From IMG/VR virus record IMGVR_UViG_3300048086_000027, positions 1-59,070 of that record: a stretch of DNA of 59,070 nucleotides. The stretch is one strand, 5' to 3'. Positions 41,618 to 51,604 of this stretch are shown here, piece after piece. How positions within the stretch are numbered: position 1 is the stretch's first letter; each line of letters begins with the position of its first letter. This DNA is from a virus. Lineage: Duplodnaviria; Caudoviricetes. Under the pieces are notes generated by a model. That model ran no database searches and was not told the origin of the DNA. It saw nothing but the letters and a program-made list of their open reading frames with translations. A program made the translations under genes and the position numbers.

Positions 41618-43511
41618 TCCGTTGCTGGTAGGGCCGGATACAGCGATTGGGTTGACGCAGGGCACAAAAAGCAATGCAGCGCTTGACTCACGAATGATTC
41701 CAGATTTGAAGACGCTTGGCATTCGTTGGTTGCGCTGGCAGCCGTATGCCTACAGTATCGAGAAAAGCCAGGGCGTCTACACCTGGGGCAATCTGGACAG
41801 TGTCGTGAGCCAGTGCAATGCGCAGGGCATTAACTTGATGCTCACAGTGCTCTTTCCGCCAGCATGGGGCATGTCAGGGGGATTTCCAACGCCCGCATGG
41901 TCATTGCAATTCGCGCAGGCCATGTGTAGTCGCTACGACGGCAATCATGGGCATGGACAGATTCAGGGGGTGGAACTAGGCAATGAGGACTATACCATCA
42001 GTGGGGATAATCCGACTGCGCTTGCTGCTACCATGGCCCACTGTTATCAGCCACTCAAGACAGCATATCCGAATCTGGTGGTTGGGCCAGGATGTTGTAT
42101 TCATCGCAATAAAAGCGTGGTGCCTGGCTATTATCAAACGCTCTGGCAGAAAGCTCCAGCCCAGTTTGACTACATCAATTTTCACTTTTACACGCAGAAT
42201 AACAATTCTTCCGATCCAAGCATCGACGGGTCTGGCTTCTATAGCTATGACACACTCATCGCGGCCTTACAACAAGCAAACAACAATGCGGGCCATAGCC
42301 ATTTCCCCATTTGGATTACTGAGACGGGTTGGCCGGTGAACACGAATGGGTTCACCGCTCCATACGTGGTCTCGCCAACAACGCAATCAAACTACCTAAA
42401 ATATGTGTTGGATCGGTCAAAAGCGCTCTCCAACCAGCCGATTAAGATATTCCTCTACACCCTGGCCTATTTTGACTTTGGCGCACCGAGTACTGGCATT
42501 GGGCATTCGCAAGGAATGAGTCTCTATCAAGTGGCCTATTCAGGCAATCCGACGCCTGCCTACACGATGGTTGCGGGGTATCCGAAGACGTGGGGAGGCG
42601 GTTCGTCGACGGTCACAGCGACCAAAGATATCACTATGCGGGCCAGAGTTCGTATTGGAGCGGCCACTCAGATCAAGGATATTGCCTTGCGAGCTGGGGT
42701 CAAGTCAGCGGCTGCGAGCGTGATAAAAGATATTGTCCTCAGAGCGCCAATTGCAGGTGGGCTCTACGATACTTTTGTACGAGCCAATCAACCGCAATGG
42801 GGCAACTCTACGGGCGGCGATAACTGGATACAGGCAGGCGGGACGGCGGTTCCGTCGATTGTGAGCAACGAGGGGCAACTCACAGGAGCCACCGGAACAA
42901 ATACGTTCCGACTTGGCTCGCAGACCCTTGCTGATGTCGATGCTCAGGTGAGGTTCAGCATCACCCAGGCTGGTGACATCGTTGGGCTCACACTCAGGGA
43001 TACTGGGTTGAATAATTTTGTCAGACTCAGGCTCACCGCAACACAGCTCCAGATTGTCCAGCAGACGCCCAGCGGCGGCTTTGTGATCCTGACCAATTAT
43101 GCCTTTGTACCGACGGCTTCTACATTTTACCGTTTGCGGTTCAGAGCGCAAGGAACCCTCTTGCAAGGGAAAATCTGGATAGATGGAACGGCGGAGCCTG
43201 CAAACTGGCTCACGCAATATTCCCCTTGCACGGTGACTGGCGCTGGACAGGTTGGGCTGAGCGTGGCTCTTTCTCAAACCTCTGATATCGTGCTTTTCGA
43301 CCACTTTGTAGCGGCCAATGCCAGCACAACGACGCAGACACCCAACACCAGCACACGTGATATCAAACTGCGTGCGCGTGTGCTGGCCAGGTCTACTACC
43401 CAGATCAACGATATTGCGCTGCGTGCGAGAATTGTTGATCTGAATGCTATCACAACACAAACCTATGCAGCAAAACGCCCGCCACTTCAGCGGCGTTTCC
43501 CGAAATCTTAG
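41604..43511 (+). CDS. Clan GH-A (GH5/GH39-like) glycoside hydrolase with lectin-like domain; probable virion depolymerase
   Basis: ELGNED acid/base and WITETGW nucleophile motifs; C-terminal domain similar to the N-terminus of 34800. Confidence 0.78.
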   Translation: MPMANPLLVGPDTAIGLTQGTKSNAALDSRMIPDLKTLGIRWLRWQPYAYSIEKSQGVYTWGNLDSVVSQCNAQGINLMLTVLFPPAWGMSGGFPTPAWSLQFAQAMCSRYDGNHGHGQIQGVELGNEDYTISGDNPTALAATMAHCYQPLKTAYPNLVVGPGCCIHRNKSVVPGYYQTLWQKAPAQFDYINFHFYTQNNNSSDPSIDGSGFYSYDTLIAALQQANNNAGHSHFPIWITETGWPVNTNGFTAPYVVSPTTQSNYLKYVLDRSKALSNQPIKIFLYTLAYFDFGAPSTGIGHSQGMSLYQVAYSGNPTPAYTMVAGYPKTWGGGSSTVTATKDITMRARVRIGAATQIKDIALRAGVKSAAASVIKDIVLRAPIAGGLYDTFVRANQPQWGNSTGGDNWIQAGGTAVPSIVSNEGQLTGATGTNTFRLGSQTLADVDAQVRFSITQAGDIVGLTLRDTGLNNFVRLRLTATQLQIVQQTPSGGFVILTNYAFVPTASTFYRLRFRAQGTLLQGKIWIDGTAEPANWLTQYSPCTVTGAGQVGLSVALSQTSDIVLFDHFVAANASTTTQTPNTSTRDIKLRARVLARSTTQINDIALRARIVDLNAITTQTYAAKRPPLQRRFPKS

Positions 43512-43576
43512 TACCTTGTGCTCAGCATGTGGGGTTGCTTACATGTTGGGCAGAGGGTGATTGAGGAGAAAATACT

Positions 43577-44595
43577 TTGGCTGATTTCACGACTCTAAAA
43601 CTACAGGCGAACACCGGCACCACACCCGCCGGTGAAGGTTCTGGCTCGGCGACCTGGACTGATGTGCTCTTTGGCACGGCTGGCTATGAACTGCGTGCTG
43701 CTCTTTCTAGCGGCTCACAGACCACCTCAACAGCAAGCGCGAGCTGGCCGAGTATCCTGAAACCGGCTTCTGGCACCACGCTGATTGACAAGATGTATTG
43801 TTTCTCAGCAGATACCACAGGGTTGGTCGTCACCAATTATGACGGCACTACAGCGCACTACCTCCAATTCAGGATCAACTGGGATAACACCGGCACCTAT
43901 GCCAGCGCCCCCTTGATCTCAGCATGGAAGGATAATACGTTGCCTGCTGCTAGTCCTGGCACGCAGCCCGGTACTGGTGACGGCTCAAGCATTATCAATG
44001 GCACATCGGGGGAATCAGGGAGCTTCAGCCTGCTCAAATGTAACGCCTACGGACAGGGCTTAACATCAGGCGGCTCGCAGCAAACGCCGTCAAGCAATGC
44101 AGGCGGAACAGAGACGGTCAATGGACACAGTGCCGCAGGCGCTGCTACCCCTGGTTCGGCTGCATGGCTTTCGACTTGGGAGGACCTCCAGGCCGCGACC
44201 GACTGGGTACAAAATGGGGGTACCCCGCAAGCAGTGACAGCAGGAGTCTGGTATATGGTATTGATTTTGAGGATCGCAGCCGGGATCACGGGGGGTAAGA
44301 GAGTTTGCCCCGCTCTTCAGTAATGGAGAAGCAAGAACCGCGTGAATTGCGGGAAGCCTACACACGCAAGTGCATGGTAATCCGCAGCCAAGCTACTCAG
44401 GAATGGGTAGAAGGTTCAGAGACTAGGCTATGGAGTCCAGGCCGGACAGTAAAAGCCCACGAGTGCGCGGCATCTCACGAGAGATGAAGAGATAGTCCGA
44501 TACTCCTGAGAAATGAGGAGAGTACAGGATAAAGAGCCTGTATACAACAATTGACGCTCTTGCCCGTTTTGGGCTACCAGTATACCTGGATCTGA
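43577..44595 (+). CDS. Tail-region protein, paralog A2, spliced (exons 43577-44296 and 44554-44595)
   Basis: Exon 2 TLLPVLGYQYTWI aligns with the A1 C-terminus TFTPVMTMQYTYS. Confidence 0.82.
44297..44553 (+). ncRNA. Group I self-splicing intron (257 nt, no ORF)
   Basis: Exon ends in U; P1 GGGGU/GCCCC; P GAATTGCGGGAA, Q AATCCGCAGC, R GTTCAGAGACTA, S AAGAGATAGTCC; terminal G. Confidence 0.9.
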
Positions 44596-44614
44596 TGTTG
44601 TAAGGCGGGGTAGA

Positions 44615-45457
44615 TTAATCTACCCCGCGACGGTCCCATTCCGACAGGTTCTCGAATTGTTTATTCATCTTTCTCTCATTGCAGAGCTTATGGCTAGGAT
44701 GAATATTATCAGCCGTATGGGTGCCCTTTGGCTCACCCTTGCGGGGATGAAGAGGCGTCATGTGATCGAAGGCAAGGCTCGCAGGACCAGATGTAATAGT
44801 CAAATCAATGGTACATGCGCAAATGTAGCACCACGCACCATCCCGTTCAAGGATACGCTTATAGCTTATCCGCTCACCAGATCTTGCTGCTTTTTGCCCT
44901 ATCTTGTGGCGTCGATTAGTTTCGCGAATAGCAAGAGGATTGTTCTTTCTCCATTCTGCATTAGCGCGGCTTACAGCTTCACGAAAACTTGCATCAGTCG
45001 CTTTCTTGAATGCCAATTGCTCTCGACGTTTTGCATTATGTTCATCAGTGTTGTGGCGTTTGCGATCATAGGCGCGTCTTTGTTCAATCCGTGGGATTCT
45101 GCTTTCCTTATCCTGCTTACGAGCGCGCTCTTTTTCCTCTTCTGGCAAGGCTTGATACTTCTGACTCCTGCATTGTTTGCAGCGTCCAGTGTAGCCATCT
45201 TTCTGTACAGAGTCAGGGGAGAATTCAGCGTGGGGCTTTTCAAGAAGACAGGTATTACAGATCTTATAACCGGTTCGAGAAGTTTGCTTTATTCTTCGTG
45301 GGCGACCAGGGCGGGCGCAACAGTCCTTGCAATCAGCACGCCTTCCATACTTGCCATGCTCCGACTTGAAGAATTCATCGAGGGGCTTGTCTTGATGGCA
45401 CTTGGTGCAGACTTTCGAGATGACAAACAGGGGCTGTTGTTGGTACAATGCAGACAT
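44615..45457 (-). CDS. Free-standing HNH endonuclease with N-terminal zinc fingers
   Basis: Two KxCxxC...CKxC units; CYIC...DHMTP...H..DNI...H..CN..K. Confidence 0.85.
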   Translation of the reverse strand: MSALYQQQPLFVISKVCTKCHQDKPLDEFFKSEHGKYGRRADCKDCCARPGRPRRIKQTSRTGYKICNTCLLEKPHAEFSPDSVQKDGYTGRCKQCRSQKYQALPEEEKERARKQDKESRIPRIEQRRAYDRKRHNTDEHNAKRREQLAFKKATDASFREAVSRANAEWRKNNPLAIRETNRRHKIGQKAARSGERISYKRILERDGAWCYICACTIDLTITSGPASLAFDHMTPLHPRKGEPKGTHTADNIHPSHKLCNERKMNKQFENLSEWDRRGVD

Positions 45458-45617
45458 AGCTTACATCCTCTTTCTCAGGGTGTTGGCTTAGATGTGTGGA
45501 GTGCTAGTAACGCTCTGCACATCGAAAAATCATGCCTCTATTTTACCACAAATCCGCTCCACAAGCAATGTTATCCCCTTTTCTTCTCTATTGCCTCTTG
45601 CCAGGAGGTGAACTAAC

Positions 45618-46103
45618 ATGCTCAAACAGTTACGTGCGTTTATCGTGGGGGAGTCTTACTGGAAGGTCACTTTCACCAACGGGAAGACTCTCTCAGAACT
45701 CGATACGAAGCCCTATATTGATGGGGATAAGGTCGTGCGTGTGCGCTCAGTGGAGTGGCTGGAGGATGTAATTGGCTCTGGTGATCTGCGCAATGTGAAG
45801 GAAGCCATGCTGGTAACTCCACAGGGGGTAGCACATTTTACGGTGACTGAACCATATACTGTTTTTCAGTTCTCGCGGGGGACACTTGCTGCTTTGACTG
45901 GTGAGCGCATTAAGAACTTCCAATCTATCGGCGTGGTAGTCGACAAGGATACTGGTGAGTGTGAGTGCGCTATTTGGGATCAGCAAAGCAAGCAACTCTA
46001 CACAATGTTCAACAATGTGAAGGACTTTGTGGCGTGGCGTGAAGGTGTAATCCCTATTGGCATGCTCAATATCAAAGCGCTGGATCTGCGAGGTGTGGTA
46101 TGA
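45618..46103 (+). CDS. Hypothetical protein, paralog B2
   Basis: RBS AGGAGG; similar to 41042. Confidence 0.7.
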   Translation: MLKQLRAFIVGESYWKVTFTNGKTLSELDTKPYIDGDKVVRVRSVEWLEDVIGSGDLRNVKEAMLVTPQGVAHFTVTEPYTVFQFSRGTLAALTGERIKNFQSIGVVVDKDTGECECAIWDQQSKQLYTMFNNVKDFVAWREGVIPIGMLNIKALDLRGVV

Positions 46104-46411
46104 AGTTACGAACCCTCTGTCAGATATCCAGGCGTAATCCAGCCATTCGATATGCTTCCATCGGTGGCCTTGAACTGGCTCAGATTGAATGTAGCGGTGG
46201 TCTGTGGCTGGTCAATGCTGATTCGCTGGAGAAGAGAAAGGTCCATCTCTACCGTCTCGCTGGGTGCAATGGTGCGCTGTGTGATCCATTTTCCATCGAT
46301 ATATTCCTCAAGACGGGCAGGGATCGAAAAAGTATTTTGAAAAGACTGTTTCATCTGTTTCCTCTTTTTGCTAGACAGCATATCACCCCTTGCAAGGGGG
46401 TGATATGGTAA
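46100..46411 (+). CDS. Hypothetical protein
   Basis: Overlaps both neighbours in the operon. Confidence 0.45.
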   Translation: MKLRTLCQISRRNPAIRYASIGGLELAQIECSGGLWLVNADSLEKRKVHLYRLAGCNGALCDPFSIDIFLKTGRDRKSILKRLFHLFPLFARQHITPCKGVIW

Positions 46412-48684
46412 CGGCTTTATCAGTCTATAGTACAAACACCAATGCCACCACTATTTCTACAGCTCGAAAGCTGGTGACTGGCACCGGGGCTGGTAGCACC
46501 AACACATTTACCTCAAAGTGTGGTACGTCGACTGGCTACTCAGAGATGTTCTCGCAGGGCACCACGAATGCATGGGCGGCGGCTGGCTCCATTGGCGCAT
46601 TTTCTGGAAATGGATTCCTGCTTGACGCCACAACACTCGAAGGCCAGCAAATCATTGCAGGCACCTGGACTCCGCGCTTTCGAGGCAAGATCAGTGTAGG
46701 AACGGCTGTTGTAGACATCTATGTACGAGCTGCCGTATATAACGGCTCTACCTACACGCAGATCGGGTCAACGATGTCGCTCACAGGGCAAACGCTCACA
46801 ACGACCTCAACCGATTTTACGTTTGCCGGTGCTAGTCTTGCTGCCAGCCCAAACTTCCAGACTGGCGACAAGCTCTATATTGATTGCTGGCCCGACATCA
46901 CGACCAATAGTTCTGGCTCATCCTCGGCCACCATCGCTATTGTTGAGGCCGTCAGCAGCACACAAGGCAATGGCTCATCGTTCAAAGTGGATACCCCAGG
47001 ATATACACCCTGGACGCTCGCCACCAAATCAACAGGCGTGCGAACGCTGGTCAGAACACAGGTCACGAAGTCGGCTGGCTTGCGTGCGGTGATTCGAACT
47101 CAGAAGACTATTAGTGCCGTTGTGCGAACATTGGTGAGAACCCAGAAGACCGTGAGCACAGCGGTTCGCGCACTGGTCAGAACCCAGAAGACGGTCAGTA
47201 CTGGTGTACGTGCTGTGGTCAAGGGTATTACAAAGGTTGTGGGGTTGCGTGCTCCTGTGAGAACACAGGTGAGCAAATCCACCAGCCTTCGCACGCCAAT
47301 CCGCACAACACACTCGCTGAATATGCCACTCAGAACACGTATCAGAACACTGGCAACGAAATCAACGGTCCTGCGAACGTTGGTGAGAACACAACAGACA
47401 CTCAGCACAGGGCTAAGAGCCGTTGTGAAGGGCATCACTGGTATTGTTCCTGTGCGTCTGCTGGCGCGAACCTTAATCAGTAAGAACACGTCACTTCGAG
47501 CACTGGTCAGAGCCCAGGTCAGCAAATCAACGATGCTCCGCGCTGTCATCAGAACACTGAGCACCCTGAGCACACAGGTTAGAATCCCAGTCTACACACG
47601 CAAAACTGTCTCAACGGTGCTCAGGACAATCATCAGAGGTATCACCCAGGTTGCCCCTGTACGCCTGCTAGTTCGCACACAGAAGACTGTCAGCACTCAA
47701 CTGAGGGCCGTGATACGGGGCATCACAAAAGCAGCACCTATACGGACTCTGGTGAGAACGCAACGGACGCTGAGCACCCAGATCCGTGCTCTTGTTCGGA
47801 CCCTGAACACGACCAGCCTGCCCATCAGGACACGGATTCGTAGTCTCGCGACACTCAGCACGAAACTGAGAACGCTGGTCCGCACACTCAACACGGCCAG
47901 CTTGCCTTTGCGTGTTGTGATGCTCAGTGGTACGCGGGCTCTGGGTGCTCTTGTGTTCAGGACGGTAGTGCGTACCCAGAAGACTGTCACTGCTCCACTG
48001 CGTACTCTTGTTCGCACGCTTGCCGCCCAATCGCTGCCATTGCGTACGCTCATTCGTAGCCAGATTACAAAGTCCGCTCCTATGCGGGCTGTAATCCGCT
48101 CAGGACAGGCGGTGAGCACGCAACTGCGTACCCGTGTCCGTAGTTTGCATTCGCTCTCTTTGCCAATCAGAGCATTGGTCAGAACACAAAACACCGTCTC
48201 TACAGCACTGCGAACGGTTGCGAGAACAGCGAAGACCATCAGTTCGCAACTCCGAACAAGGGTAAGGACACAAGTAAGTGCTTCGCTGCCCATGCGTGTG
48301 TTGGCGCGAACAAAAGCCACCCTGACGCTTGCTTTGTTGGCTGTGGTTGCAACGCTTGTAAGCAGGATAGTTGCCTTACGTGTTCGTGTGCGGAGTGGGT
48401 TGACGCGGGCTCTTGCTCTGCGCATCCATGTCATTACTCCTGGGGCCCCGGTCACACTGCTGGCACAACTGCGTGCAGTGGTACGAACTATCCACAATCG
48501 AAGCCTTGCGCTACGGATCCGACTGCGCACACAAAAGGCGAATGCTGTTCAGTTTCGGATTATTGTTTCACCGTACACCAATAGCCTCATGTTGGTGCGT
48601 AGTGGTACCTCGCTGATGGATATGAGAACTGGCGAGGCTGAGATGCTGGTACGCAGCGGCAAGGCTGCAATGGAGGTCAGATGA
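46405..48684 (+). CDS. Fibre-like protein: N-terminal beta domain plus about 37 Arg/Thr/Val-rich 13-15-aa repeats
   Basis: Consensus T.S..LR..VRT.. Confidence 0.8.
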   Translation: MVTALSVYSTNTNATTISTARKLVTGTGAGSTNTFTSKCGTSTGYSEMFSQGTTNAWAAAGSIGAFSGNGFLLDATTLEGQQIIAGTWTPRFRGKISVGTAVVDIYVRAAVYNGSTYTQIGSTMSLTGQTLTTTSTDFTFAGASLAASPNFQTGDKLYIDCWPDITTNSSGSSSATIAIVEAVSSTQGNGSSFKVDTPGYTPWTLATKSTGVRTLVRTQVTKSAGLRAVIRTQKTISAVVRTLVRTQKTVSTAVRALVRTQKTVSTGVRAVVKGITKVVGLRAPVRTQVSKSTSLRTPIRTTHSLNMPLRTRIRTLATKSTVLRTLVRTQQTLSTGLRAVVKGITGIVPVRLLARTLISKNTSLRALVRAQVSKSTMLRAVIRTLSTLSTQVRIPVYTRKTVSTVLRTIIRGITQVAPVRLLVRTQKTVSTQLRAVIRGITKAAPIRTLVRTQRTLSTQIRALVRTLNTTSLPIRTRIRSLATLSTKLRTLVRTLNTASLPLRVVMLSGTRALGALVFRTVVRTQKTVTAPLRTLVRTLAAQSLPLRTLIRSQITKSAPMRAVIRSGQAVSTQLRTRVRSLHSLSLPIRALVRTQNTVSTALRTVARTAKTISSQLRTRVRTQVSASLPMRVLARTKATLTLALLAVVATLVSRIVALRVRVRSGLTRALALRIHVITPGAPVTLLAQLRAVVRTIHNRSLALRIRLRTQKANAVQFRIIVSPYTNSLMLVRSGTSLMDMRTGEAEMLVRSGKAAMEVR

Positions 48685-49013
48685 GCACGCTGATTATCGA
48701 TGATTATTCTCCTATTTACGTTGGGGATACAGGAAATCCTTATGCTCCTACATTTCGGCATAAAGAGGATTCTCCAGTGGATCTGACAGGGGCTACGCTT
48801 GCTCTGAAGATGCAGGATGAGGGCGGGAACGTGAAGACGTGCGCAGGAACCTGGACGATTGATGATGCACAGAACGGGGTTGCACACTACGCCTGGCAAA
48901 GTGCCGATGTGAATAGCGCTGGCATCTGGCAACTGTTCGTCACGATCACCATTGGCGGCAAGCCCGTCCATGCTGATGTGAAGACACTAGAGATAAAAGC
49001 GGTTCCAGCATAG
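48681..49013 (+). CDS. BppU N-terminal-like Ig domain protein
   Basis: VGDT...PVDLTGAT...DAQNG...Y.W...D...AG. Confidence 0.65.
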   Translation: MSTLIIDDYSPIYVGDTGNPYAPTFRHKEDSPVDLTGATLALKMQDEGGNVKTCAGTWTIDDAQNGVAHYAWQSADVNSAGIWQLFVTITIGGKPVHADVKTLEIKAVPA

Positions 49014-49029
49014 AAAGAAGAGAAACACG

Positions 49030-49308
49030 ATGACGCTTGCACAACTCTTTACCGTCATTATCCTGGCAGTGTATCCCTTTCTCTTTGCAGCGACCTTCTG
49101 GTTTTTCCGTGTTGGAGAGCAGCAGCGGCAAGTGATGTTATCCTTTGTGCCGATTGCGGTGAGGAGTGTCAAGGACAAGCCGCTCGCGAAAGAGGCACAA
49201 ATAGAGCTTGCTGTGGCATTTCTTGTGGAGGTCTATAAAAGTGGCTCTTTGCCTCTTCCTTCACAGCAACTCCTCAAGCGCATCATAGAAGTGGAACTGG
49301 ATGCATGA
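49030..49308 (+). CDS. Small membrane protein (holin-like)
   Basis: N-terminal TM helix; lysis region. Confidence 0.45.
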   Translation: MTLAQLFTVIILAVYPFLFAATFWFFRVGEQQRQVMLSFVPIAVRSVKDKPLAKEAQIELAVAFLVEVYKSGSLPLPSQQLLKRIIEVELDA

Positions 49309-49664
49309 ATGTCTTAGACCTGCTCTTCTCTTCAGGTGGGATAGGGACGCTGTGCTCATTTCTCATCGTCGTGGTTGGTGGGTTCTATGTCCATCGGAGT
49401 GCAAAGACACAGGCAGAGAAAACATTGGCCGATTCCTACAAAGGGGCCATTGAAGCCACAAAAGAGCATGTGAACGCATTGCAGGAACGGATGAAGGATT
49501 TAGAAACGGAAAACAAACATTTGCGAGAAACCATGGATACCATCCTTGAAATCTTAAAAGCACGCAATATCCATATTGCTATCCACGGGCATATGATCAC
49601 CATTCGTGATGGAAAAGATACGACGGTGATGCGTATACAAAACACTGAAAAAGAGGAGACATAG
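49305..49664 (+). CDS. TM plus coiled-coil lysis-region protein
   Basis: TM helix followed by heptad repeats. Confidence 0.55.
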   Translation: MNVLDLLFSSGGIGTLCSFLIVVVGGFYVHRSAKTQAEKTLADSYKGAIEATKEHVNALQERMKDLETENKHLRETMDTILEILKARNIHIAIHGHMITIRDGKDTTVMRIQNTEKEET

Positions 49665-50018
49665 ATGGCGCTCTGTGTTCCTCCTGGCTCGAAGATAGGC
49701 CAGTTCTTCAGCCAATCTTACTGGGCAGCACGCCTCAAAGATGATCGTTGGCTCAGTGAAATTGACGGACACGACTGGGAGCGTGATGTGCTAACTTCTG
49801 GCGCCACGTTGGATATCTCGGAACTCTGGCTCTTTGGGCCAAAAGTTTCAGAGGGTGATCCGCAAGGCAATACGGCTTGCCTGGTGATTGAACAGCCTGG
49901 CACAGCCTTCCAATGCAGAATGGAGAGCGGGCAGCAGTGCATCTTGCGGGTCAATGTCAGGGAGTGCAGTTGCTCTTGTTTTGTGTGGGATGGGCGCGTT
50001 ATGCGCCAGTATGGGTGA
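49665..50018 (+). CDS. Hypothetical protein, paralog B3 (shorter)
   Basis: QSYWAARLKDDRWLSE...ELW...GNTA...GTAFQ matches B1. Confidence 0.65.
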   Translation: MALCVPPGSKIGQFFSQSYWAARLKDDRWLSEIDGHDWERDVLTSGATLDISELWLFGPKVSEGDPQGNTACLVIEQPGTAFQCRMESGQQCILRVNVRECSCSCFVWDGRVMRQYG

Positions 50019-50143
50019 TGTATGCTGATTGATCTGGGCTTACCCTGTTTGTTCAATGTGGCGCTTGTTTTGGCAGTCGTAGGGCTTTATTCCTGGCTTG
50101 ATAGGCTCAAGAAGAGATGTAAAGAGAAAGCGAGGAGAAAGCG

Positions 50144-51142
50144 ATGGTAGCGCAATTTGTCGATGTATCGGCGTTTCAGGCTGAAACGCTCGATTGGAGT
50201 GCATATCGAGTTTGGGCCTCACAGGGCGGCTCCCTTGCAAGGGTGGCTATCCGCTCTAGCTTTGGCGTTGGCTATCTGGATCAGCATTTCCAGGCATATA
50301 GGGCTGGCGCACTAGCTGCTGGAGTAGACTCTATTCTCTACTATCATTATGCCTATCCTCAGTTCAATAGCGCCAGCGCAGAGGCGGACTGGCAGCATCG
50401 CATTGTCGGTACCGTTCGGCCTCAAGACCAGCTTGTTCTGGATTTTGAAGAGAATGTCAATGAGGCAACAGCGGAATGGGCCTATCAGTTCCTGGCCAGG
50501 CAAGAGCAGAATTATGGGAAGCTTCCTGTAATCTATGCCAGTGACTACTACATTCGGCAAAGGCTGCAAGACGCACGGCTCGCCAAATATCCGCTCTGGC
50601 TCGCGAACTGGCAATACTCATCAGACGCTCGGCCAGCCTGCCCACCACCATGGAAGGTATATACCTACCTCCAGTACACCGACAAAGCTGTTTCTATCCC
50701 AGGGATCGCTGGGACGGTGGATGCAAATATCTATCTCGGAGGAAACACAATGCAGATACCACAAGGTTGGAAAGACGACGGCACGACGCTCACGGCGCCC
50801 AACACTATCCCAGTAATCAAAGGATTTCGGGATTTTATCCTTGCCCACCCATGGGACCCCAACAACTACCCCCTTGCAAGGGAGGAGGGGCGCAATCCAG
50901 TAGAAGTGTCCAATCCGTCCTTGGGACCTGGCACCCAGCAACTCTTTCGGCTCTTTCCTTTGGAGTGGACACAGGATAGAGGGGTGTTCCCAGCCTGGGG
51001 CGGGCAAGAGATACTGGCGCTGCGTGCCCTGGTTGCTTCCTTGCAAGGGGAGAATACCCGGCTTGCGCAGCAGCTCGCAACCCAAAACAGTGACCTTGTA
51101 GCGCGTCTTCAACAGATTCACAGTTTGTCTAGCATTTCTTAG
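50144..51142 (+). CDS. Endolysin, GH25 muramidase
   Basis: DVSAFQ, YHYA, LDFEE, LWLANW, QYTD, VDAN motifs. Confidence 0.9.
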   Translation: MVAQFVDVSAFQAETLDWSAYRVWASQGGSLARVAIRSSFGVGYLDQHFQAYRAGALAAGVDSILYYHYAYPQFNSASAEADWQHRIVGTVRPQDQLVLDFEENVNEATAEWAYQFLARQEQNYGKLPVIYASDYYIRQRLQDARLAKYPLWLANWQYSSDARPACPPPWKVYTYLQYTDKAVSIPGIAGTVDANIYLGGNTMQIPQGWKDDGTTLTAPNTIPVIKGFRDFILAHPWDPNNYPLAREEGRNPVEVSNPSLGPGTQQLFRLFPLEWTQDRGVFPAWGGQEILALRALVASLQGENTRLAQQLATQNSDLVARLQQIHSLSSIS

Positions 51143-51153
51143 GAGGAATAATT

Positions 51154-51453
51154 ATGCAACTTCCATCTGACATCGCATTCATTGTTGCGCTCCTGGTGAG
51201 CGTCATGTCAAACTTTTTGCGCTCTGACGGATTGCCCAAAGCGGCCAACGCAGTCATTGCTATTGTGGCTATTGTGTTGATTGCTGGCGCAATAGGCTGG
51301 CTTACCACGGGCTTCACGCTCGACATTAAACAGGATGTGCTCTTGATTATCAGCATCATAGTGAGCTTGTTTACCGGTCTGAAGGAATTGAATGATCTGC
51401 TGGCCTACCTGCAAGCGGCCAATTCCCCCTTGCAAGGATCCGAAACGCCCTAG
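51154..51453 (+). CDS. Holin (3 TM)
   Basis: Three hydrophobic helices directly after the endolysin. Confidence 0.75.
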   Translation: MQLPSDIAFIVALLVSVMSNFLRSDGLPKAANAVIAIVAIVLIAGAIGWLTTGFTLDIKQDVLLIISIIVSLFTGLKELNDLLAYLQAANSPLQGSETP

Positions 51454-51556
51454 AATGGCCGTAGCATCGTCAGGGTGCCTGGATATCCATTCATATGGCT
51501 GAGAAGACACAGAGGCCCTGACGATTATCCTGACCCCCGTGGCCACGGGGGAAGGC

Positions 51557-51588
51557 GGAGCCCAGAGCGTTGTTTTGCTCTGGGCTCC
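51557..51588. terminator. Strong hairpin between the lysis operon and the end of the array
   Basis: GGAGCCCAGAGC-loop-GCTCTGGGCTCC (12-bp stem). Confidence 0.7.
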
Positions 51589-51604
51589 TTGCATACCTGG
51601 ATAT

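Noticed and set aside
44305-44487. Intron-encoded ORF (60 aa)
   Set aside because: Overlaps the catalytic core elements and has no nuclease motif
44657-45616. 319-aa hydrophobic ORF on the + strand
   Set aside because: Antisense shadow of the Lys/Arg-rich HNH gene
47100-48530. Long minus-strand repeat ORFs
   Set aside because: Antisense shadows of the Arg/Thr repeat gene; no RBS and opposite to the operon direction
34800-48684. Diversity-generating retroelement acting on tail genes
   Set aside because: No reverse transcriptase and no adenine-specific TR/VR pair seen
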